Source: Desulfurobacterium pacificum
GTDB lineage: Bacteria > Aquificota > Aquificia > Desulfurobacteriales > Desulfurobacteriaceae
Direction: 5' to 3'
Assembly (NCBI RefSeq): GCF_900182835.1
Contig: NZ_FXUB01000001.1
Span: 557,954 to 621,953, forward strand
DNA: 64,000 bases
The translations under genes and the position numbers were made by a program. The notes beneath the pieces are model-generated. The model searched no databases, had not been told where the DNA came from, and saw nothing but the letters and a program-made list of their open reading frames with translations. How positions within the stretch are numbered: position 1 is the stretch's first letter; every line of letters starts with the position of its first letter. Below are positions 49,138 through 57,527 of this stretch, in pieces.

Positions 49138-50614
49138 TTAAAAATTCCTCATACAACTTTCTGTAGCTATCAACAAACATCTCAAAGCTGTAAAACCTCT
49201 TAACTCTCTCAAATGCAACTCTACTACAGCTCTGCCATTCCCTTTCATTCTCCAAAAGCTCAAGGTATCCTTTGGCTATTTCACTCGGATTCGCAACTGG
49301 AGCAATCCTACCTGCTCTCCCTAATCTCACATCAGCCTCATTTAAACCACCATATATCAATTGCCTGCAAGAACCAACATCCGTAGCAACGCACGGAACA
49401 CCCGCTGCAAAAGACTCCAAAACTACTAAAGGCATTCCTTCACTTATAGATGTAAGGGTCGTAATCTTTACTTTTTTAAGAACCTCTGAAACACGACGAA
49501 AACCTAAAAACTTTACGTTATTCTCTAATCGCAAAACTTCTACCAACTTTTTACACTCTTCAAAATACTCCGGGTCTTCATCTGTAGGACCAACAACCCA
49601 CCCCTCAACTTTAGCGTTTTTATTAACAACAATCCTCATCGCCTTAATAAAAGTTTTAATATCTTTTATAGGCACAACCCTACCAATTAAAGCAACTACG
49701 GGCAATCTATCTCTACTTTTCCTTGCTTCCTCATACAGCTCTACTTTTACTCCATTAGGAATAACCATTGTCTTTTCTTCAGGAGCACCTAAAGAAATTT
49801 GAACTCTACGAGCATCTTCAAAGAGAGAAATGATTACAGAAGCAGTTCTGTAAGAGATTTTCCCTAAACCCACGAAGAAATTAATCCACATTCTCCTAAG
49901 ATGGTCAATCTCTCCATACTCTTTCTGATAAAAGAACCTCCTATCCTGTATCCAATCTGAATTCAGAATATCTATCTTCCTTTCTCTCGTATAAATACCA
50001 TGCTCAGTAAGGATAAAAGGTGATTTATAACTGTTTCTAATTAAAGAAGCTAAAAAACCAGCATATCCCGTAGAAGGACTATGAACCAATCTTGGTCTAT
50101 CTACTTCTTCAACTATTGAAGCTACCCTCCATAAAGGGTCATGAATATTCCTTACCGTCCAAAAATAATCAATAAAAGGCAAATCTTCAGCAAAAGTCAT
50201 ATAGCTTTCACATATAAACTCCCAAGAAGTTCTCCCATACAGAAACTCCTCCTCTTTAACCTCTTTTAAGTAAAAATCCTTTCTATGTAGGTTTTCAGGT
50301 ATATCTCCTCCACTCCTTCTGAACCAACAGTGCAAAAACCTCAATTTCTCTAAAAGTTTTTCTCTCTTTTTTAGACTTTGAGGCTCTGGTCTATCCTTTT
50401 TATCAAAAAGAAAAAACTCCTTAACAAACAAAACATTATCCGGAATATCGTACTGAATCTCTCCGTAATCCTCCCTCCTACTTCCCAAAAATACAACGCC
50501 AAAGGTAAACTCTGTTAAAGAAGTAATGAGCTGATGTATCCAAGAGGAAACTCCTCCCCTTATGTAAGGATACGTTCCTTCAGCTACCATTAAAATATCA
50601 GGATTATGTGTCAT
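49118..50614 (-). CDS. pelF: PelF-like GT4 family glycosyltransferase.
   Basis: EGTYPYIRGGVSSWIHQL N-terminal motif typical of PelF-type GT4 enzymes, plus the GT-B C-terminal EX7E region. Confidence 0.75.
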   Translation of the reverse strand: MTHNPDILMVAEGTYPYIRGGVSSWIHQLITSLTEFTFGVVFLGSRREDYGEIQYDIPDNVLFVKEFFLFDKKDRPEPQSLKKREKLLEKLRFLHCWFRRSGGDIPENLHRKDFYLKEVKEEEFLYGRTSWEFICESYMTFAEDLPFIDYFWTVRNIHDPLWRVASIVEEVDRPRLVHSPSTGYAGFLASLIRNSYKSPFILTEHGIYTRERKIDILNSDWIQDRRFFYQKEYGEIDHLRRMWINFFVGLGKISYRTASVIISLFEDARRVQISLGAPEEKTMVIPNGVKVELYEEARKSRDRLPVVALIGRVVPIKDIKTFIKAMRIVVNKNAKVEGWVVGPTDEDPEYFEECKKLVEVLRLENNVKFLGFRRVSEVLKKVKITTLTSISEGMPLVVLESFAAGVPCVATDVGSCRQLIYGGLNEADVRLGRAGRIAPVANPSEIAKGYLELLENEREWQSCSRVAFERVKRFYSFEMFVDSYRKLYEEFLNGRDIV

Positions 50615-51605
50615 TCCTCAATCTACCTTCCCACAAAAGTTTCATAAAGTAAACATTTGGATGTAAAGACAATGGAATTCCTTCCCAAAGTTTCTTAACG
50701 TTTTCATAATTCCCACGATAAAACTCAATCTCTGCAAGGTAAGGAATAACTCTTATTTTCGTTACAACATCATTACATTCCAAAGCTTTAGAGAGATATT
50801 CAAATGCCTTCTCATAATCACCTTTCCTTAAAAAAATCCTCCCCGCCACCAAATACACATCTGGGTCACCATTTAACTCCAAAACCTTTTTAACGTAAAA
50901 CAACGTTTCTTCCACAACAAAATTTTCAAGTTCCTTATCCACAAGCCCAAAATAGAGCAATTCCCAATAAAGAAGAGCTAACTTCTTATAAACTTCCAAC
51001 AGTTCCTTCTCTGCCAAACCTTCTTTTAAGCGGCTCTTTAAAAAACTTATCCTGTCATTTATCTCTTTCTCTAAATGAGAAATAATAGAAAAAGCAGTAA
51101 GTCTCACCTCATCTTTAGGATTTCCCAAAGCCCTTTTAGCTATCTCTATAGAAACAGGCGTTCTCATCTCCTTAAGTAGAAAAACAGCTCGTTCATCAAT
51201 ACGGTGAGCTTCACGTTTAAAAAACTGCAAAACTCCTTCTCCAAATTTCCTCGGTCTAACTCTAACATTATCCATAGTTATCTCTTCAACCTGAATACGC
51301 GAAACTGAAGGAGTTCTATCCCTTTTCTGCTTTCTTAAAACAAGCACATACAAAATCAAATAGGCAACATAACCAACTAACGGAAAAAGGAAAACAGAAA
51401 GAAAAATCGCTGGAAAGCTTCCTCTTGCTCTCCTATAAATAGACGTTACAAAAGGATAGATAAAAACAGAAAAAAGCAAAGATGCAATAAAATGAAAAAA
51501 CAAAAAAGCAAAAACAGCAACGTACGGGTTATCAACCCTTAGAAAACCTAAAGCCATAGATTCAAGTATAACAGAACCCACTAAAGTCTTATAGCTGCTT
51601 CCCAA
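50604..51605 (-). CDS. pelE: PelE-like inner-membrane protein (N-terminal TM helices plus a cytoplasmic TPR-like domain).
   Basis: Four predicted TM segments in the first ~100 aa, then TPR-like helical repeats. 333 aa against 329 aa for PelE. Confidence 0.6.
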   Translation of the reverse strand: MGSSYKTLVGSVILESMALGFLRVDNPYVAVFAFLFFHFIASLLFSVFIYPFVTSIYRRARGSFPAIFLSVFLFPLVGYVAYLILYVLVLRKQKRDRTPSVSRIQVEEITMDNVRVRPRKFGEGVLQFFKREAHRIDERAVFLLKEMRTPVSIEIAKRALGNPKDEVRLTAFSIISHLEKEINDRISFLKSRLKEGLAEKELLEVYKKLALLYWELLYFGLVDKELENFVVEETLFYVKKVLELNGDPDVYLVAGRIFLRKGDYEKAFEYLSKALECNDVVTKIRVIPYLAEIEFYRGNYENVKKLWEGIPLSLHPNVYFMKLLWEGRLRNDT

Positions 51606-51625
51606 ATTTCCCCCTCAAATACCTA

Positions 51626-52891
51626 TTACTCTTCAAATTGCTTAAAAAGATACTCCAACTTTTCCTCTATCTTTCTATCTATTGAAATAATTCTGTAAGG
51701 AAGTTCTACTTTCCCGAAACTGTATGAAAAATCCCTTTCTATCCTACCCACAAACCCCCTCGCAGAAGAGATAGAAGAAAGCGGAAGCATCACAAAAACT
51801 AACTTCACTCCGCCCAAATCCACGACGTTCAACATATCAAGACCTCTAATCCTCTCAGACAAAAACAAAGGAAAATCTTCTTTTAAATGGTCTACTCTAT
51901 AAATAACTAAGGAACTTTCTATTCCTGTTCTTTCTCTCAACGAAACCATAACAGACAACTCTTTTAAAAAGTCATACTCAAAATACCGCTTTAAAATAGA
52001 ACTTACACCACCAACCAAATCAACGCTTTCCAGCTCATTAAGCAACCAAAAGAGAATAACACCAAGAGAAAGAATAGTATCGCTGTTAAAATAGTTAAAT
52101 GGAATCCTTGTCAAAACAAAAACTCCCAAGAGTTTATCTCCTGAAGCAAAGTCATAGATAGGAATAACTGCAAGGTATTTAGACTGAATCTGATTTTCTA
52201 TCTGCGAGATAAAAACTGCCTCTTTCTCTTCAAGTGCCTTCTTCACCAAGGGGTCTTCTTTATCTAAGGAAATCTCTTTCCCAACAGAAAGCACACAATC
52301 AAAACCATTTCTCTGCGGCAAGAAAAGTCCAGCTTCTTGAACGTAAAATCCTGCCACCATAAGTTCTTTCAATTTTTCAAAGATTTCTTTTAACCCACCA
52401 CTCTCCCCCAATTCCTTCAATTTTTCCTTCAATTCTCCAATTATTGACCTAATACTAACAGGCTTAACCATATAATGCTTTTCCAACTGGTCGTGAGAAA
52501 GCTTCAGAAGAATAAAATCGCTCGCCTGTCTTCTTATCTTATCCTTGAAGTACAAATTCTCTTCCTCAGTTACTCTAATTTTCCTCGTCCAGAAAAAGTG
52601 GAACTCTCCAGCTATAAGAACATGCAACAGACTCCAAAGCAAAAACTCTACATTCCAGTTTCTATAAAGAACTCCCATGGCAGCAATTTCAAGGAGAAAA
52701 GCTAAAAGCCCAATCTCAAGTCCGTAATAAAGCGTAACAACCAGTAAAAACAGCAAATAAGGGTTAATAGGAGAAGACGTAAACAACGGGTCAGAAGGAT
52801 TCAAAAAATATCCAAAAATGAAGAAAAAAACGGTAAACAAAAAAACTTCTATAAGAACAAACTTAACGCCAATCTCTCTAAACATTATCAA
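51626..52891 (-). CDS. pelD: PelD-like inner-membrane c-di-GMP receptor (4 TM, then a GAF-like and a degenerate GGDEF-like domain).
   Basis: Four N-terminal TM helices, a cytoplasmic region of PelD-like length and a candidate RxxD I-site (RGLD). Supported by its operon context between pelC and pelE. Confidence 0.6.
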   Translation of the reverse strand: MIMFREIGVKFVLIEVFLFTVFFFIFGYFLNPSDPLFTSSPINPYLLFLLVVTLYYGLEIGLLAFLLEIAAMGVLYRNWNVEFLLWSLLHVLIAGEFHFFWTRKIRVTEEENLYFKDKIRRQASDFILLKLSHDQLEKHYMVKPVSIRSIIGELKEKLKELGESGGLKEIFEKLKELMVAGFYVQEAGLFLPQRNGFDCVLSVGKEISLDKEDPLVKKALEEKEAVFISQIENQIQSKYLAVIPIYDFASGDKLLGVFVLTRIPFNYFNSDTILSLGVILFWLLNELESVDLVGGVSSILKRYFEYDFLKELSVMVSLRERTGIESSLVIYRVDHLKEDFPLFLSERIRGLDMLNVVDLGGVKLVFVMLPLSSISSARGFVGRIERDFSYSFGKVELPYRIISIDRKIEEKLEYLFKQFEE

Positions 52892-53340
52892 AACGCCTTG
52901 TCAAACAATTCCTGTGTCATTAATCCCAAAGATTTATTTCCCCATTCAGTTGCAGACAGAGAACCTGAAGCCAACTTTTTCCCAGTTTTCAAGTCTTTAA
53001 CAACATATGTAACGCTCACAGCCGGCTCTCCATCTATTCCGACCTTATAACGCCATTCATTTACATATCCACTAATCACGCACCTGTAACCTTCTTTTAT
53101 TAAATCTCCTTTTTCAGCCCCATTAACTAAATCAACGTTGTAGCCCTTAGACTTTAAAACTCCATAAAGAATAGCAGCCACCCTACTACCTGCCAAAGGA
53201 GTTTCACTATAGTTAGTAAAAGGAACCACAGCACAATGAAAACCTTTAAAGTCTTGCCTTTTCGTCTGATTTATCAAAGTAGCACAGCCGCTTAAAACGA
53301 AAGAAAACGCAAATAATCCCCATAAAAGTTTTTTAATCAT
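52888..53340 (-). CDS. pelC: PelC-like outer-membrane lipoprotein.
   Basis: Lipobox LSGC after the signal peptide, about 150 aa, and first gene of the pel-like operon (ATGA overlap with pelD). Confidence 0.6.
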   Translation of the reverse strand: MIKKLLWGLFAFSFVLSGCATLINQTKRQDFKGFHCAVVPFTNYSETPLAGSRVAAILYGVLKSKGYNVDLVNGAEKGDLIKEGYRCVISGYVNEWRYKVGIDGEPAVSVTYVVKDLKTGKKLASGSLSATEWGNKSLGLMTQELFDKAF

Positions 53341-53412
53341 TATTACTCCCCCTTAACAAAGTAATAACGAATTTTAACACTTAATTTATCACAATGAATT
53401 GATATTAGTCAA

Positions 53413-54972
53413 TTAAGAAGTATTTTCTATTAGAGATAACGCAGCATTGATGCCATCTATTGCAGAACTCGTTATACCACCTGCATATCCAGCACCCTCT
53501 CCAATCGGATATAAATTACTCGCAGAAACCGATACGTAATTCTCGTTCCTGACAATCCTCACAGGCGAAGAAGTTCTCGTCTCAACTCCCACAAGCGTTG
53601 CGTTCTGGGGAACAAAGAAAGAAACCTTCTCATACCAATACAGGAAAGCCTCCTTAATAGGCTGAACGATTTCAGGCGGAAGCAGTCTGTCAAGCCTCGC
53701 ACTCTTCAGGGCAGGAATATAACCACCTTCTATTAACTCAGAAGAACTTTCTCCATTTATGAAATCCCAAACCCTTTGAGCAGGCATAGAGTAATCGCTC
53801 CCACCAGCTACAAACGCAGCCCTTTCAAGCAATTTCTGAAACTCTATAGCTCTGAAGGGGTCGTTATCAAAATCCTCCGGAAAAACCTGAACAACAACGG
53901 CACTATTAGCGTAACCGCTATCCCTTGCGTAGTTACTCATTCCATTACATACAACAGAATTTTTCTCAGAAGAAGCACATATCACGTATCCGCCCGGACA
54001 CATACAGAAGGTAAAAACGTTCCTTTTCCTTCCTCTATAGGTAAACGAATACTCGGCCGGCGGTAAATCAGGATATTTGAACCACTTTCTTCCGTATTGA
54101 ACTCTGTTAATTGTTTTCTGCCTGTGAATAACTCTCAAACCAACAGCAAAAGGTTTTGCTTCTAAAGCTATATTCCTGTTCTTTAACATCTCAAAAGTAT
54201 CTCTGGCGCTATTACCGATAGCTAAAAACACGTAATCGTAACTTTCCTCTGAAATCTCAGCTGTTAAAAGGTTTTTCAGAACAACAGAGTTTACTTTACC
54301 CTTATCTACGTTCAAATTAAGTAACAGAGTAGAAAACCTGAACTTAACTCCCTGGTCTATCAGCTTTTCCCTCATGTTCTTTACAACTATTCTTAACCTG
54401 TCCGTCCCAACGTGCGGCTTGCTCTTATAAAGAATGTCTTCCGGCGCACCACACTCCACTAAAAGCTTAAAAACAAAGTGTTTTTTCTTATCTTTCACCC
54501 TTGTCGTCAATTTGCCGTCAGAAAACGTTCCCGCTCCTCCTTCACCAAACTGAACGTTTGAGTTTTCATCAAGAATCCTTTTTTCCCAGAAACGATTAAC
54601 ATCTACAACTCTTTCTTCTACCTTTTTTCCGCGCTCAACAACTGTAACGTCAAAACCTGCTTTAGAAAGGATATAAGCTGAAAAAAGTCCTGCCGGTCCG
54701 CTACCAACCACTAAAACCTTTTTCTTTGTGGAAATTCTGGGGATTTTTATCTCAGGAATAGGAACGTGTTCTCTTGCTTTCTTCTCGTTTATCAACTCTT
54801 TCGCAACATTTTGAGGTAAATCCACCAATATCCTGTATAAAAAGTAAGGTTTTTTCCTTGCATCTATAGATTTCCTCAAAATAGAAAAATCCTTGACTTC
54901 CAACCCCAGACGTTTAATTTCATCCTCAAGTTTAGAACCAAGCGGAACTTTTACATCTATTTCAACCTTCAT
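53413..54972 (-). CDS. FAD-dependent dehydrogenase (uncharacterised NAD(FAD)-utilising family, COG2509-like).
   Basis: VLVVGSGPAGLFSAYILSKAGFDVTVVERG dinucleotide-binding motif. Confidence 0.7.
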   Translation of the reverse strand: MKVEIDVKVPLGSKLEDEIKRLGLEVKDFSILRKSIDARKKPYFLYRILVDLPQNVAKELINEKKAREHVPIPEIKIPRISTKKKVLVVGSGPAGLFSAYILSKAGFDVTVVERGKKVEERVVDVNRFWEKRILDENSNVQFGEGGAGTFSDGKLTTRVKDKKKHFVFKLLVECGAPEDILYKSKPHVGTDRLRIVVKNMREKLIDQGVKFRFSTLLLNLNVDKGKVNSVVLKNLLTAEISEESYDYVFLAIGNSARDTFEMLKNRNIALEAKPFAVGLRVIHRQKTINRVQYGRKWFKYPDLPPAEYSFTYRGRKRNVFTFCMCPGGYVICASSEKNSVVCNGMSNYARDSGYANSAVVVQVFPEDFDNDPFRAIEFQKLLERAAFVAGGSDYSMPAQRVWDFINGESSSELIEGGYIPALKSARLDRLLPPEIVQPIKEAFLYWYEKVSFFVPQNATLVGVETRTSSPVRIVRNENYVSVSASNLYPIGEGAGYAGGITSSAIDGINAALSLIENTS

Positions 54973-55483
54973 CCGGCAACTCCATCTTTAGTTTTTTCAA
55001 AAATTCTCTAAAATGTTCAGAAAACGCCTTAAATTCTCTTTCTCTTTGCTTAACTTCTTCCCTGCCCAACTCTTCTACATTTATAACCACAATCTCATCA
55101 AATCCTTTCACCCCTAATCTTTTCTCAACTCTATCCTTAACGTAAATGAGGGAATCCCTCTTCAAAACTTCAGCCTTTTCAAGAACATCTCCTATAAACT
55201 TCTCAGCGTTATCTATATCCCTCTGTCTAACCCTACCGGAAAAGTAAAATGAAATAGAAATCCTTACAGGATTCTCAATAGGAAAGTTCTCTAAACCATA
55301 AGTTAACTTTTGGATATGAAACTGATAAATAGCCTCCCTCTGCGCAGCTAAAACTTCCTTATCGTTCATTATAAAAGGTTTCATATCACCGTTGATTCTT
55401 CGGTGCGAAATTCTCTTATAGTTAGCTTTACTCGGTATTTTCCCGACAAAGTAGAAAGTAAACCTCACCCTTTTCACCTTCAC
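54962..55483 (-). CDS. rusA: RusA-family Holliday junction resolvase with a C-terminal ~50-aa extension.
   Basis: PSKANYKR and RQRDIDNAEKFIGDVL match the RusA motifs PPSNNRYYR and RRRDLDNLQKAAFDAL of E. coli. The K/E-rich tail is extra. Confidence 0.7.
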   Translation of the reverse strand: MKVKRVRFTFYFVGKIPSKANYKRISHRRINGDMKPFIMNDKEVLAAQREAIYQFHIQKLTYGLENFPIENPVRISISFYFSGRVRQRDIDNAEKFIGDVLEKAEVLKRDSLIYVKDRVEKRLGVKGFDEIVVINVEELGREEVKQREREFKAFSEHFREFLKKLKMELPDEG

Positions 55484-55533
55484 CGTTTATTTGGTATCTT
55501 TTTAAAAAACGAAAACTGGCAGGTAATAAATTA

Positions 55534-56598
55534 ATGATAGGATTCGCAAAGACAACCAAAAAGAACAATAACAGCTCAGAACTAATATTCAAGAAATTCC
55601 TTATTATACTGAGCCTTCTAATACTTATCGTATTACTCTCCACATTCGGAATAATGTTCATAGAACATTGGAGCTTCCTTGATGCTCTCTGGCACACAAT
55701 CATAACAATATCCACTGTAGGCTACGGTGAAGTCAGACCGCTCTCACCTGCCGGAAAAGTTTTCACTATGATTGTAATAGTAGTATCGTTCACTTTCTTT
55801 GCTTACGGTGCATTTACCGTAGCATCAATGATTATGGAAGGAGAACTGAGAAAATTTTTCATAATAAGAAAAATGGAGAAATTAGCTATGAAACTGAAAA
55901 ACCACACCATAGTCTGTGGACTAGGCAGAACAGGACAAGCAGCAATAAAAGAACTCTGGAAAGAGAAAGTCCCTTTCGTCGTAATTGAAAAAGATGAAGC
56001 AAAAATAGAAGAAGCGAAAGAGAAGTATCCCAATCTCATATATATCTTAGGAGACGCAACAGAAGATGAAACGTTGATAAAAGCAGGAGTGAAATCTGCA
56101 GCCAACATGATAGTAGCAACAGCAGACGATGCTGATAACCTATTTATTACGCTTTCAGCCAAAAACCTGAATCCAAACTTGAGAATAGTTACAAGGGCAA
56201 ACAGAGAAGAAAACGTTGTAAAACTCAAAAGAGCTGGAGCAACCGAAGTCATCCTGCCAAATGTCATCGGCGGTTTAAGAATGGCTTCTTTAGCAATAAG
56301 ACCAAGCGTAGTAAGCTTTTTAGATATAGTTACCCATCACGGAGAGATAGACTTAAGGTTAGAAGAGGTAAAAGTTCCCAAAGGTTCCCCTTTTCATGGC
56401 AAACTTTTAAAAGATTTAGAAATTCCCAAAAAGACAGGTGTAGTCGTTATTGGCGTCCGCAGAGAAGATGGTTCTTTTATACTAAATCCAACGTCAACAA
56501 CAATGATATTAGAAGGAGATTCTTTAATCATAATCGGAACAAGAGAACAAGCTGACAAATTAAAGAGACTGGTTAGAGGAGAAGAAATTGAAGATTAA
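55534..56598 (+). CDS. MthK-like potassium channel with RCK (TrkA-N/TrkA-C) gating domains.
   Basis: Two TM helices flanking a TVGYGE selectivity filter, then the Rossmann-type motif GLGRTGQAA and a TrkA-C domain. Confidence 0.8.
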   Translation: MIGFAKTTKKNNNSSELIFKKFLIILSLLILIVLLSTFGIMFIEHWSFLDALWHTIITISTVGYGEVRPLSPAGKVFTMIVIVVSFTFFAYGAFTVASMIMEGELRKFFIIRKMEKLAMKLKNHTIVCGLGRTGQAAIKELWKEKVPFVVIEKDEAKIEEAKEKYPNLIYILGDATEDETLIKAGVKSAANMIVATADDADNLFITLSAKNLNPNLRIVTRANREENVVKLKRAGATEVILPNVIGGLRMASLAIRPSVVSFLDIVTHHGEIDLRLEEVKVPKGSPFHGKLLKDLEIPKKTGVVVIGVRREDGSFILNPTSTTMILEGDSLIIIGTREQADKLKRLVRGEEIED

Positions 56599-56599
56599 G

Positions 56600-56686
56600 T
56601 GGTGCGGGAGGCGGGATTTGAACCCGCACGCCCGTAAGGGCACCGCCCCCTCAAGACGGCGCGTCTGCCGATTCCGCCACTCCCGC
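56600..56686 (-). tRNA. tRNA-Leu (anticodon GAG).
   Basis: Reverse complement GCGGGAGTGGCGGAATCGGCAGACGCGCCGTCTTGAGGGGGCGG...GGTTCAAATCCCGCCTCCCGCACCA. Anticodon stem CCGTC/GGCGG with loop TTGAGGG. Confidence 0.8.
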
Positions 56687-56695
56687 AATCGGACG

Positions 56696-57043
56696 ATGGA
56701 AAATATAAACTTTAACCCTTTCCTTGTCAAGAAGTTACGCAACGGATTTACGTTATTAGAAGTACTATTAGCTATAGCAATAGCCGGAATGGCTTTCGGT
56801 GCATTCCTACTTCTATCTTCTAAATCTGTTGACATTACCAACAGAATCTTCACTCAGTTTATTGAAACTGTAGCTGCACATAACTGCATCAACGAAATCA
56901 TCTATAATCACAAAGACTATAACGGAAAAACAGTAGAGATTCTAAATAGACAGATTACCGTAAAACAAGACTTTGAAAATCTGATGGGCTTTAGAGTAGT
57001 CAAAGTAAAAGCAGGAGACGTAGAAGTTTATGAAATACGCTAA
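56696..57043 (+). CDS. Prepilin-type N-terminal cleavage/methylation domain protein (pseudopilin / minor pilin).
   Basis: KKLRNGFTLLEVLLAIAIAG class III signal sequence (G|FTLLE). The ORF-track start inside the tRNA is rejected in favour of the ATG at 56696. Confidence 0.7.
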   Translation: MENINFNPFLVKKLRNGFTLLEVLLAIAIAGMAFGAFLLLSSKSVDITNRIFTQFIETVAAHNCINEIIYNHKDYNGKTVEILNRQITVKQDFENLMGFRVVKVKAGDVEVYEIR

Positions 57044-57527
57044 AGGTTTTACTCTCCTTGAGATACTAATTGCCACAACTCTTGCAACGTTAATAATCTT
57101 TCTTTCCTATCAATTCTTTAACAACGTATCAACCACTTCAAACTTTCTGAAAAAATACACTGAAATAGAAAAAACTTCTATTCCTCTTTTCTCCCTTTTT
57201 CTAAAAGACTTAGAATCTTCTAATCAATCCTATGGTACATTAAAGTTAACCAACACCGATAATAACTCTTCCCTATCTTTCTTCACAGAAAACTGCTACT
57301 TCTTCTCAGGTATCTGTAAAGTTAAATACTGGACATTAACAAAAAACAAAAAGCTATATCTCATACGTAGCGAATATAAACTTAATTCAACTACTCCAAC
57401 AGGCATAGACATACCTTTAACTTCCAAGCTTTCATCTTTTAAAGCCAAAGAAGAAGGAACCCTTTTAACCATCTATTTAATCTTTCAAAATAACGAAACC
57501 CTACCACTTACGTTTCACTTACACTAA
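57030..57527 (+). CDS. Prepilin-type N-terminal methylation domain protein (pseudopilin / minor pilin).
   Basis: MKYAKGFTLLEILIATTLATLIIF. Confidence 0.7.
   Translation: MKYAKGFTLLEILIATTLATLIIFLSYQFFNNVSTTSNFLKKYTEIEKTSIPLFSLFLKDLESSNQSYGTLKLTNTDNNSSLSFFTENCYFFSGICKVKYWTLTKNKKLYLIRSEYKLNSTTPTGIDIPLTSKLSSFKAKEEGTLLTIYLIFQNNETLPLTFHLH

Noticed and set aside
56588-56695. The ORF-track start of the first pseudopilin gene (56588), which overlaps the tRNA-Leu.
   Set aside because: The first 36 codons translate the antisense of the tRNA. The class III signal peptide begins at the internal ATG at 56696, which I take as the real start.
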